From Chiloscyllium plagiosum (lineage: Eukaryota), in the NCBI RefSeq assembly GCF_004010195.1, contig NC_057728.1, positions 42,336,469-42,383,837 on the forward strand: DNA of 47,369 bases, in the 5' to 3' direction. Positions 25,613-37,597 of the stretch are shown here, one piece after another. Under the pieces are notes generated by a model. It searched no databases and was not told where the DNA came from. It was given only the letters and a program-made list of their open reading frames with translations. How positions within the stretch are numbered: position 1 is the first letter of the stretch; each line of letters opens with the position of its first letter. The position numbers and the translations under genes are program-made.

Positions 25613-28301
25613 ATGGATGAAGAAAAGCTAGACAGGCTAGGATGTATCCTTTAGAGTTTAGAAGCGTCAGTTGTGACTTTTTTGAAACATAAGATCCTAA
25701 GAGGACATTACTGAATGTTGAAAGGATTTTTCTTCTTTTGGTAACATGTAGAACCAGAGATCATAATTTTAAAATAAGAGGATGCCCATTTAAAACAGAG
25801 ATGAGGAAACATATTTTCCTTTCAGAGAATTCTCCTCCTCAAAATAACCTTTAAATATTTTTAAAGTTAGATAGATCCTTGATAACCAGGGGTTGAAAGT
25901 TTATCAGGGATATGCAGGAATATAGAGTTGAGGTTAAAATCAGATCAGCCAAGATGTTGTTAAATGGTGGAGCAGGCTCGAGGGGGTGTGTGACATACTC
26001 TTGTTCCTTGTTCATAAGGCTATATACCCAAGGACAGTAATCATGTGTCTCAAAAACCAGAAAAACAGATGATACTTTTAACAAACATAAACCCAATTTC
26101 CTGGTTCAAAAGGCAAGTAATCTACTCCCCGTCTACGTTTTCATGGGGTTTCAACAGCGGCTAGAAAATAGAAATAACCAGTTTTTCACTTCGCCCCTCT
26201 AAAAAACAGCACAGTACCTGTCCAATCACTTTCTTGCTTCTTCTCCTTCACTTTCCAAAATAAAATGCACAGGCTTAATCGGTCACTGTGCAAGCAAAAC
26301 AAACTCTCATTTCAGTACAAATATATAAAGCTACTGAACACCTCATTCCAATATTTGTTTTTAAAATTGACATGGCTCTCTCTGAACAAGCACAAAATCT
26401 TTAAGTGGTTCATGCAACAACAACAAAAAAAATCCCCAAACTAGTACTCTTTTGAAATTGATTGTTTTGAATTACCATTTTTAAAATTTACAACTTTGCA
26501 GACCTGAACCTTAAAGCCATAATTCACTGTGGTACTGTGAGATCAAACCCTTATAATATTTAAGATAACTTGCAACATGTAATTCAAACTTTCAAAAATT
26601 CCAAAATTGCCATAAATCCATAAATTCTGTTGCTATTTCATTACATTACATTTCTAAATAGCAACCACCATCTGTGTTGACCTAAGAATAACAGAAAAAT
26701 TGTTAACATTTTCTTTCATCCCATCTGAAAATTAGACATTTGATTCATAATACATTATTATTAACTACTGGTGTAAAGTATTAAGGTTCCAGGGCTAATT
26801 CTTGGATTTATTTGACTTGGTGCAACTCTGTAGTTGAAACTGCTACAATTAATCAAACATTTACAAAACCTTCCTGCTTTCTGGTCAATTCACTTTCCCA
26901 TTTTAATCCCATGATCTCTTGTGCGAGATTTTAACAAACATCTCGAAGTTTAAATTTGCACCATCAGCTACATTATCTTCAATTAGTATCTCTAATTGTG
27001 AATAGGCAGTTAGACTAAATATTATACTGAATAGTAACTTGCTAATTATAGAGTTGGGCATGTATAGTTATTCTGAAATATCCAGATTTTAAAAAAAATT
27101 ACTTCATTGAATGCCATCATTTATACATAATTATTTATGGATATATTTTCAAAATGCTTATGTGATTGGTTGTTCTGCAGACAATATCAATATCCAGATA
27201 AAACTGGATCAGTACTTGTACATTGTTAATTGAACATCAGATGGACCCTTGATGGAAGTAACAATGTAATTCCATTCATTACTTTTTGACAGAAATATCC
27301 CAGAGGCATTTAAAAATAAAAGTAATATCTGCTGCAACAATGTTGTGTTCAAATTAAGACAAAGCTCAAATGATTAATATAATCGATGTTATGTAATCAG
27401 TGGTTAGAAAATATTTTTAATGTTTAAAAGAATAAATGAGTCATTTCCACTGCCCAGAGGTTTGTTACTCTCACAATTTTAATTTGCATTGGACATTGAT
27501 AGGGATGAATTTTACCAACAATTAACTAAGGGTCCATTTTTGGAGAGTTTCATGGAATCTTCTCTCTGTGAGCTTCCGTGGGTCATTACACCCAATTCTC
27601 CACTGCTGATCACATTATCTATGCATCAGACCTCCATGGCTCACACTATTGCATGCTCACCAGCAGCAAAGTACTCACCATGACTGGAACTTTCTGATTT
27701 TTTGCTGCCTGTGCCATAGTTAAAGCCCAGCTCAATTTCTGCCAGCCACAAATAGCTTTTCACAGTACATGTAGTGGGAGGCAAACAACACAGAAAAGCT
27801 TTGGAGGACACCTACATATCACAGCTGATAGCAAATAGAAGTTCACATTCATTAAGTCCCTGCCGAATGCAATGCTTTTCCTAAGGGCATTGTGGGTCAA
27901 CTCACAACAAGTGAACTGCAACAGTTAAAGAAGACAGTTCACTACCACTTTCTTAAAGGCCACTAGGGATGGGCAATAAATTGTCCCACCAAAGTTAATT
28001 TTTTTAAAAATCCACCTGACTGATCAACTGTACCTATGGCTGCAAGAATCAAGCTACACTGGCTATCTGTCCTTTGCTGTCCAATGTAGAAGTATATCTG
28101 AGGGTGAGCTACTCTTTTCTTAATGCCCAACACAGCATAACTGTCCATCATTGTTCCCAACTGATTGTAGCCCACTCTGCTGACCGAATCAGAAGAACAG
28201 CCTTTATTAATGAGTGACCAGACCTGACTATTTTCTGTGCAGTTCCCATATGACTTACCAGTAATCCACTGTACATTTGTACTGGACCTGTAGGACTTGT
28301 T

Positions 28302-29258
28302 ATCATAGAGTCATAGAGTCAGACAGATGTACGGCATGGAAACAGACCCTTCAGTCCAACCCGTCCATGCCGATCAGATATCCCAACCCAACCTAGTCCC
28401 ACCTGCCAGCACCCGGCCCATATCCCTCCAAACCCTTCCTATTCATACACCCATCCAAATGCCTTTTAATTGTTGCAATTGTACCAGCCTCCACCACATC
28501 CTCTGGCAGGTCATTCCAGACATGTACCACCCTCTGCGTGAAAAAGTTGCCCCTTAGGTCTCTTTTTATATCTTTCCCCTCTCACCCTAAATCTGTACCC
28601 TCTAGTTCTGGACTCCCCAACCCCAGGGAAAAGACTTTGCCTATTTACCCTATCCATGCCCCTCATAATTTTGTAAACCTCCATAAGGTCATCCCTCAGC
28701 CTCCCACGCTCCAGGGAAAATAGCTCCAGCCAGTTCAGCCTCTCCCTATAGCTCAAATCCTCCAACCCTAGCAACATCCTTGTAAATCTTTTCTGAACCC
28801 TTTCAAATTTCACAACATCTTTCCAATAGGAAGGAGACCAGAATTGCGCACAATATTCCAACAGTGGCCTAGCCAATGTCCTGTACAGCTGCAACATGGC
28901 TTCCCAACTCCTATACTCAATACTCTGACCAATTAAAGAAAGCATACCAAATGCCTTCTTCACTATCCTATCTATCCTTTCAAGGAGCTATGAACCTGCA
29001 CTCCAAGGTCCCTTTGTTCAGCAACACTCCCGCAGACCTTACCATTAAGTGTATAAGTCCTGCTAAGATTTGCTTTCCCAAAATGCAGCACTTCACATTT
29101 ATCTAAATTAAACTCTATCTGCCACTTGTCAGCCCATTGGCCCATCTGGTCAAGATCCTGTTGTAATCTGAGGTAACCTTCTTCACTGTCCACCACACTG
29201 CCAATTTTGATGTCATCTGCAAACTTACTAACTGTATATCTTATGCTCGCATACAAAT
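28302..29258 (-). mobile_element. 5'-truncated CR1-type LINE, relatively young
   Basis: SKFADDIKIG, QQDLDQMGQWADKWQIEFNLDKCEVLHFG, LYRTLARPLLEYCAQFWSP; (CATAGAGT)n tail at 28304-28320. Confidence 0.93.
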
Positions 29259-30861
29259 CAGAGATATAAGTTTCAGATCAGGAGAGTGTGCAGCTTGGAG
29301 GGAAATTTGCAGGTGAAGATGCTCCAATGCAACTTGCAGCCTTGTCCTTCCAGGTGAGTTTGGAAGATGTTATTGACTGAGCCTTGGTGAGTTACTGTAA
29401 TGCGTTTTGTGGATGAATAATTTTAATGCCAATACGCACACAGACCTTTTCAACTTAGGTGGTTGTTTTTGACTGGTGAAGACACAATGGGCAGAAAAGC
29501 TGTAGATCTGTGCTGTAGATCTCTATGACTGACCAGGGCCCACTCCTGGATTTGATGGTGGTATAGAACGCTGATTCTCACTATCCTGAGCACCCAGCTG
29601 ACCATACTCATCTTCCTAGACTGATATCAGGCGATTCCCTTGACTTAATGTCCCAGTACATTATGATTAATGACAGCCTCTCTTGACTTGACTAAAGACT
29701 ATGCACTTCAGAATTTGAGATATGGCCATTTTGTTGAAGCACATTCAGTGCGCTTGTCGCATTAACTGTTGGCACATTTTGTAGGTGTGACATTGATGTA
29801 GTACAACACCTCTTTGATGGATCACTACTGTCAAATATGAAAAGCTGCCTGGCTTTATGTCTGCGCTAGGAAGCAAGTCAAAACAAAGAATCACGAGCCT
29901 ATACATTCTTACTGATGTGGCAATGTACATAACAAGGGCAAGGAAAGGCAAGGCAGAGATGTTGTGGACCAAATTGGTACAGAGTATATGAGCACTAAGG
30001 GAGCAAGCCCTAAGATGCACCCTCTTCAGAGGCATGAGATGGGTGCATCTCAGTAGCAGTATTGCTGGCCAAGGTGGAAGCTTGGAAGAGCAAAAATCAG
30101 TCAAGAATCTCATATTTCCAATCTTGCCATAATTTCACAACTGTGCCCACCTTGTTCAGGGCCAGAAGAATTCAACCCATTATGATACTGCAAATTCCAA
30201 AATGTTGCTGCAACTATTCCAGTCTTGTGACTACTGACACGTATTTAAATCTCTATTGCCACCTCTGTATTACAGTAGGCATTTTTTTAGTACTGAAGTA
30301 AGTATTGGAATCAGTGAAAAACTTTTATAATAAAGTCCACTGCTTCTTTATATAATGCTTGCAATAGTACATTAAACAAATGTACATTTGCCCTTTCCGA
30401 AGAAATGCTCTTAATAAACAAACTATCTAGTATCAAATAACATGATTATTTATGGTACAAACTTTGTAAAGAGCCTTCATATTTTGATTGCAAGCACCTA
30501 TTTACAGTATCTGTGTTATAATCAGCCACAGCATTGACTGTGCAGTATCATACAGAGTTTAGAATGAGTCTCCAACAAAGGGCAATCTTTGTATCTTTCT
30601 TAATGTAATAAGGCATGATTATAGAATGAACAAATAGAATACTTTGTATCCAGTTTTACAGAAGAACCGATATAATAATTAAAGGCTGATGTCCATTATA
30701 TAAGTCTAAGACATAAGAGGAAAATATTGAAAAATAAAAAAATTAAACAAGTTTTACAAGAGAGCAATGAAATCAGTTTGTGGATAATTCTTGTACAAGG
30801 AAATGTCCAATTCAGTCATTAAATAAAAACTTATTTTGTTTAAATATATTTGCATCAAATA

Positions 30862-30898
30862 TACTGCATCAAATACTTATTCAGTATTTGATGCAGTA
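30862..30898. repeat. Perfect 16-bp inverted repeat with 5-nt loop
   Basis: TACTGCATCAAATACT-tattc-AGTATTTGATGCAGTA, preceded by a direct copy TGCATCAAATA at 30851-30861. Confidence 0.9.
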
Positions 30899-32818
30899 AT
30901 GCACAAAATTTGTAAAGGATGAAGCACATGTATAAAAAAGTTATTAAAAACCTGCTAAAATGCCAAGACTAAAAGAGATCAATTACCAGCTGATTTCAAA
31001 AAGTAAAATAACGATTCAAACTGACATGCTATTAGAATGAATAACATATAACGTTTATCATATTTACCTTAGTTCAGCCGTGCTGCATGTTAATAAAACA
31101 GATAATTGAAACATTAACTGAGGAAATGTTTAATATATGTCCCAAATATAAGTATGGGATGTGCATTTTGGCATTATTCTGAATCATTGTTGCCAGTAAG
31201 TTCAATTGTGAGAACAGAATAAAATGGCTGAGCCTTTGTTTATAATGAATGAATTTTAAAATTTAATTCTATGCTTCAGCTTTACATAACTGCTGTGAAT
31301 TTTAAACTATCAATGTTTAAATTCACTTTTAGAGCCCCATTTAATTTCCATTGAATAAGTTATATCAGAACTGAATCCTTCTTTCCTCAATGATTGACCT
31401 GTTTAATCTGCTGCATTGCATAATATCAGCTGGCTTCAGAGTCTAAAAACTGAACTTGTTCCTTTGGTATTGTGTACATTGCTATGTCCCAAGCCACCTG
31501 TTTATACTGAATTAAATTCAAAGGCATTTGATTCAGCATCTGAGTTGCAGAAAGGCAGCTAACTGAACTTAAATGAAAAGCTGAGAGCTAAGGAGAGTTG
31601 CTACTTGGATTTGAAGATCAATTGCAAGTTTATGTATTCCGCAATATTTAACCAAAAGATTTGACTTCTAATTTAGTCACAGTATAAACATGATGTATAA
31701 ATGTACTGAAATTGTGATGCTCCTAATTCCCTGAATGCAGTAGTTAATGCAGACTTGTTCTAACAACTTTTAGCACAAAGGACAAACAATATTGTCTTAC
31801 TTAATTAGAAAAATAAAACACTAAACAGTTTAATGGATAAATGTAAATCTATTATGCCATTGAATCCTACAGAAAATAATTACTTTTTCAGTCTTTACTG
31901 GTGTTCAGTTAACTGATCTCAAATTGTATGGCAATTACAGCATATTAATTGACTTGAGTATCCTTTGACAGGAGGGCAAGAAAACAGCCAGAATTTTCAT
32001 TCACAAATAAGCTTCAGTAATGTCTGCTGGAACGTGAGTATAAATGAGGATTAGATTGGGCTTGGTTGTAACAGCCTACATCTGAAGCACACAACCAATC
32101 ACTTAACCTATGGTGAAGTAAATAATACATGATTGGTGAAGGTAATTAGCTTCAGACACCAAAGGAATCCTACCTGAAAAACTACCTTCAGAGAAGTAAA
32201 AAAATAGGGAATATAAAGAGGAGAGGGGAACAACAAACGAAAGCTAGCATTACCATATTTAAATGTTTACATGGTGCTCTAAAATATCTCCAGATTTTTA
32301 GAAATTGTCCAATGCAAGTAATTCTCAGAAACATTTTGCGTTGACTTAATTCCACAATTAAAATGGCAAATGTAATGTTAATAAGCAGAGAAAAAATTTT
32401 TTGCTGCTGTGGTAGGATTCTTAAAATATATTTGAAGGTAGAATTTTATGTTTTGCATCAAAACAGTAGATACAATAATTTGTTATGGAAAACCTTTGTG
32501 ATGTTAATGTAGCCATACTAAGGAAAGATTCAAAAGAAAATCCCAGCAAAATAGATATTAAAAGGCATGGAACTAAAGTATATGTAAAAAGCTCAAAGCT
32601 GAATATTTCTCGAAGACAGATTGAAATTAAAATATAAAGTTGTTGTTCAAAAGATCAATTGTCAGAGCACCCTTTCCATTTAGGAACAATTCTGTTTATC
32701 AAAATTGTCCTCCAGAGCATGATACCTTTTCAATCAGCTTTTCCTATTCCAATTTATAGCAATTACAGGTGGGTTACCACTTCACTACAATCATCACTAC
32801 CTAATTTATTTGATAAGA

Positions 32819-32957
32819 TCCTGTTCCACAGCTACCTGATGAAGAAGCAGCGCTCCGAAAGCTAGTATTTTGGAATAAACCTGTTGGATTATAACCTGAT
32901 ATTGTGTGATTTTTAAGTTTGTCCACGCCAGTCCAACATCAGCACCTCCACATCATT
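32819..32957 (+). mobile_element. Short PLE-derived element of a second family, with hammerhead core at 32836-32864
   Basis: tac-CTGATGA-agaagc agc gctcc-GAAA-GC-TA-gta, then aataaacctgttggattataacctg...ccagtccaacatcagcacctccacatc. TSD TTTGATAAGA at 32809-32818 and 32958-32967. Confidence 0.75.
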
Positions 32958-33327
32958 TTTGATAAGAGTTATACTTGAAACAAAGCTTAATTATCAAAAT
33001 GATTAAAAGGCAGTCATGATACCGTATTTACCTTAAACACAGAATATGTCTTAACTCATTGATTCAGCCAGTAGACTGTGGGCAAATTATACAAAAACAA
33101 AATATATTCAGATAATGAGTTAATTCCATTAAGTCATACTTAATATGAAAAGACATGTAAACATCAAAAAGATGTATATATTTGCCTATCAAATTAACAC
33201 ACACAACCAAAAGTTATACATTTGTAAAGATTTTGAGATATTGAGTGATAAGTCGTTGGATAAATGTAAATATTATATAACTTATAGCAAGAGCAAATAG
33301 AGTACTCCATATTTTATATGTACTTAC

Positions 33328-33492
33328 GCCTTTTTTGTGAAACTGCTTGCAAACATGCTGTCACAATATCGCTATTCTTCTGTACTTTGTGTGAAAGATT
33401 GTCTTTTCTCCTTAATTGACGAACCAGTTTTGCAGATTGGACGGCGATTCTGTATTTTAGCTCTTCTATAATTCGCTTAAGCTCATCAACAT
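33328..33492 (-). CDS. TBC1D30: TBC1D30 exon 2 of the long isoform (coiled-coil)
   Basis: Acceptor ttttcatgttaacAG, donor C|GTAAGT; 165 nt, phase 1 to 1. Encodes (D)VDELKRIIEELKYRIAVQSAKLVRQLRRKDNLSHKVQKNSDIVTACLQAVSQKR, close to TBC1D30 ELKYRIGIQSAKL...DIVTACLQAVSQKRR. Confidence 0.95.
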
Positions 33493-34851
33493 CTGTTAAC
33501 ATGAAAAAAAATATATTTGTAAGCGAAATGTCAATGACTGAAGAATTCTAGTCATAGGTTGTTCCTGTATCCTTTTAGTCTGCGACTCCACTGCTATTAT
33601 AAAATGATTTAAATTACTTCAAAATTATCTCCAACAATACAATAGCTCTTATTTCGGATTTTTAAAAAAACTGGCAAATGTTACTCTATTCAGTGTGAAA
33701 GCCCCCTTCATTTACTTGTTACGGAAGTGCCTGGCAAGGAGATGAGATGATGGAATTCTTGCAAACTGGCAGGGATTGTCCTCAACTTTTCTTACAGATA
33801 TGTAACATTCAGATGCAGTTGAATGATGCCTTCAAGTATTAGTGACAAATATTCTGATCTAAATAGGCTACTTCATTATCAGAGAGAAGACGTCAATCCC
33901 CAATCCTGCATTTCCATTGCTTGTTCGATTCGTGTGGTGTCATTTCGTGGAAAGAGGAACGCACTGATGGAATATTCAGAATCAAAGAGAACATGCTGAG
34001 CTTTAAATGCATGCATTTTACATTTTAGGGCTGCGCCAATTATTTCTCAATCATGGCCACCCACTTTAATTGACATGCTTAGCTTTAAAGGTCAGCATTT
34101 TTGCCGCGGAGAATGAAGCCATTCGACACTCCAAGTGAGCACCTTACTCAACACCCTACCTTCCCCCCTCCCACCCCTTCAAGCTCCACTCAAGTGTTAC
34201 ATCATTTTGGCTCAGGTTAATGACACTGAAAGATTCGATTATTCGCCACGTCAAACTAGGCAAGATGCTATTTTTAGGCACCAAACATGGAGATTCTTGT
34301 TCTGGCGACAAAAGTTAAATGTAAAACACTTTCACTTGTATGTTTTCTACTGCAATGAACTCTGGTGATCCAGGAGCTTGCCTACACCATTAACACAGCA
34401 ATCGACCAAAACCAATCCCCTCAAAGTCCCCACAGTATCTTCCAGCCACTTACTTTCAGTCACACTGGTTTTGGAAGGCGAGGCTGATTAGCACTTATCA
34501 CGTACCTCTCTTATTGTCTCCACAATTCTACAAGCAATTTTTTTTTGCATTTTATTTGGTTACAGTGTAATAATTTGTCTTATGGTACATTTGATAAAAA
34601 TATTTATTTACTTATTTATTTAGTGAAAAGAGGGATTCCTCGTATTTTATCTAGATTTCCATTGCGTTTCTTAGAAAAATCAAAGTCGTCGAAAGCTTTA
34701 TTTAACTCAGTAACCTTCAGAATTATACTGACTTCCTGCGTTGAAGCGTAACCGAACTCAAACTGATAACCGATCAAGGCAGGAAGGAGGAAAATCATAA
34801 AACATAAAAATCACGAAGTATTTTTTATTATTTACAGTTTTTATGCTATAC

Positions 34852-35404
34852 CTTTCTGTGCCAGGTACAGTATCTGATGTTTTGTAGTGTACTGTTCCTG
34901 AAATTCTTGCAGGAACATAGATCCAGAATTACTCCTTCCCAGAAAAGCATCGGAGCTGGATGTCTCCGTTGAACTGTCCACGCTGTCAATGCTTCTGCTA
35001 CTGTAGGCGCAGGAGTCGTACAGTTCGGTCAACAGGCCGTCCACAATGGAAGCAGTTCTCTTGCAGGCGATACTCGCCGTTCCAGACTGGCTCTCCCTGC
35101 CCCGGTTTTCATCGTGGGCTCCCGCGGCATTTTCCGTGGGGTTTGCCCCTTTCGGCCAGTATTGCGTTGGCATTATCGTTGAGGGTGACACCGGACAGAG
35201 GGGACTGGTTTCGCTGTCCTTAGGCAGCGAGGGGCCTTGGGCTGTTCTCTGGGGATTGACAATCTGCATCCACTGCTGGAAGCCGGACATCCTGCCCGAG
35301 TTCGAGCCCACCATGAAGCTGTCAGTCTCTCCATCCGAGTAATTCCCATTGGAGATGTCGACTTCGCAAAGTTCATTTTGAGCGATGTGAAGCGAAGCAG
35401 CCAT
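34852..35404 (-). CDS. TBC1D30: TBC1 domain family member 30, distal first coding exon (long N-terminal isoform)
   Basis: ATG at 35404 in good Kozak context (AGAATGG). The translation ends RTASIVDGLLTELY...DSVDSSTETSSSDAFLGRS...FLQEFQEQYTTKHQILYLAQK, matching the long TBC1D30 N-terminus as I recall it (RTASLVSGLLNELY...DSLDSSTEASGSD...HQMLYLRQK). Donor AAAG|GTATAG at 34851; 553 nt, phase 1. The start codon is less certain than the 3' boundary. Confidence 0.88.
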
Positions 35405-35770
35405 TCTACACCACCGACTGCCGATTTGCTGCAAACTCTCCCAGGGCCAGCGAGCTTCAGGTGGATGGGAAGCCAGTTCCGGGTCCTCACCATTGTATGT
35501 CTGGGGAGGCCGGCTCGGCACTTACTCAATTTCTCACCCCCCCCCCTCACTCAAATTAAACCCTTTCTTTCTTGGTAGGGGCGTTTCTACTGATTATATC
35601 CACATTATATTTACTTTAAAGTACTTTGTGCTAAGGTTAACTGTGTTGGAAACACCAACTTCTATCCTCCCCGCCGCCTTTATGGCACATTCTGGCGATT
35701 ATAATTTGTGCAGGTAAATTTCCCGAGTCAAGGTTTGCGGCCAAGTGCAGAGTTTACCAAGATGAGGACG
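34860..35770 (-). promoter_or_regulatory. CpG-rich island over the distal first exon and probable promoter of TBC1D30
   Basis: Visibly high GC and CpG density against a CpG-depleted AT-rich background, coinciding with a first coding exon. TSS not determined. Confidence 0.6.
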
Positions 35771-36619
35771 CAATGTTTAAAATATATATAAAGAACGAAA
35801 TAAATTCAAGAGAGATATTTTGAGTGTTTCATCAGGGGAATTTTTTCAGGAGTCCTTTCTTGAATGTCAGATATTGTACTTTCTAACCAACATTTTCAAA
35901 ATGAAAATTAAAACTATTCATATTGTAAGGACCAATAAATAATCTTAACCTAGGTATCATGTTTGCCTTCTGAGAATATAGTTATGCTAAGACTAAGACT
36001 GCCAGAACATGCAATATGTTTTTAAAACCTTTTAATAGGAAGAGTAGAAGACACCCATAATTCCATTACTACCTCCCAATGTTTGTGTTGCCGTTAAAAA
36101 TGAAATCCATAATTTAAGAAACATTTTCTGTATAGTCAAGATTACAATTATAATCAAAAAATCTTCAACTAAGTTTTAACTTCGCTCGTATGCAGTTATT
36201 AACATTATCACATAAGTTTGTGAGCAGGAGCAACTGACTTTGTTTTAATGCAGTCGTTAATGAAACTAACCAACATATGTTACGTTATAATGTGCTGATG
36301 ATTGATGTCTGCACCGAGTGTGGCGAACTGTGTTTATGAATGTAGAGAGCTAAATGTGAATTCCTTACACTAGCTTTCTGTCTGCGATTTGTGGTTGCTT
36401 GGGCGTGTTGAACTTAGCTGTGCAGGAAGATCCTATCTCTTCCTTGCTTTTGCGCATTAGAAGTTTGTTTTGGTTTTTTTTCAGGAAAACAGTCATCGTG
36501 ACCTCTGAAGAGTGGAGGTAGTTCCTTCCTGACTGAAACTCCCACTTGTTATTAGCAGGCCAAAGTCTGAGTGGCCTTCTTATTCCTTAACCAAATTAAA
36601 GATCAGTAAATCCTCTTAA

Positions 36620-37597
36620 CCCAGATATTGAATTTGGCACGGTGCTGGATTTCTGAGCACATATTTATACCAAGATTAAAACCATGCATTTCCACGTCTA
36701 TAACTCAGCCAATTCCACCCTGCCTCAATTCAACTGCTGCGAAAAACCATACCGTCTTTCCTTTTACATTTGGACTTAACTTTAGTCTTGGCCAATATCC
36801 ACATTTTGCCCAAGTAAACTGGAAGTCATCCAAAACTTTGCTGCCTCTGCACGTTTTGGCCCCCAAGTCATGTTAACCCATTCCTATGCTCACTGACCTT
36901 ATTTGAGTCCTTGAAAAAGAATTTTTAAGTTCTCAACCATGTTTTCAAATTTGTATCACATCCATCCCCATAATCTCTTCCACATCCACATGCCTCCAAG
37001 ATATCTGAGCTCACCTAATTCTAACCTCTTGAGCATCCTTGATTTTAATTGTGCCACAACTGCTGCCTGTGCTTTCAGAAGCTTAGGCTCTAAGCTCTAC
37101 AATTTGCTCTATGAAAAAAAAATCTTCTCGACCTCTCTCTCTTCTCTTTAGGATAGTTCTTAAAATTTTAGATTAGATTAGATTACGGAAACAGGCCCTT
37201 CGGCCCAACAAGTCCACACCGACCCACCGTAGCACAACCCACCCATACATTTACCCCTATACCTAACACTACAGGCAATTTAGTATGGCCAATTCACCTG
37301 ACCTGCACATCTTTGGACTGTGGGAGGAAACCCACACAGACACGGGGAGAACGTGCAAACTCCACACAGTCAGTCGCCTGAGGCGGGAGTTGAACCCGGG
37401 TCTCTGGCACCGTGAGGCAACAGTGCTAACCACTGTGCCACCGTGCCACCCACAGTGTTTCTCTTTGACTAAGATTTTGGTCATCCATAATGATATCCCT
37501 TTTGTACCTTGGTGTCAAATTTTGCTTTGTAATACTTATCTGAAGTGTTTGGATATATTACAATAAAGGTGCTACATAAATGCAAGGTATTGTTGAA
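36620..37597 (+). mobile_element. Decayed L2-type LINE 3' end, interrupted by an HE1 SINE
   Basis: ccattcctatgctcactgacctt...ccaagatatctgagctcacctaattctaacctcttgagcatcc...; tail taaaggtgctacataaatgcaaggtattgttg. Confidence 0.6.
37168..37451 (-). mobile_element. Near full-length HE1/V-SINE with tRNA-derived head
   Basis: Minus strand: box A TGGCACAGTGG, box B GGTTCAACTCC, V-domain with a short internal deletion, and (TCTAA)n tail. Confidence 0.92.

Larger units (their letters stand above)
23670..26015 (+). mobile_element. Decayed CR1 LINE with two nested PLE-derived insertions
   Basis: WIEVWLRNRKQR, VLQGSVLGSQLFTIYINDL, FADNTKL, LYRALVRLHL remnants; tail ggtggagcaggctcgaggg...tcttgttcc. Confidence 0.85.

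Noticed and set aside
35405..35521. N-terminal extension from the ORF-track start at 35521
   Set aside because: That start is a GTG; the first in-frame ATG with good context is at 35404.
37375..37451. tRNA gene
   Set aside because: The A and B boxes belong to the tRNA-derived head of an HE1 SINE and run directly into the SINE body; the same applies at 40975-41051.
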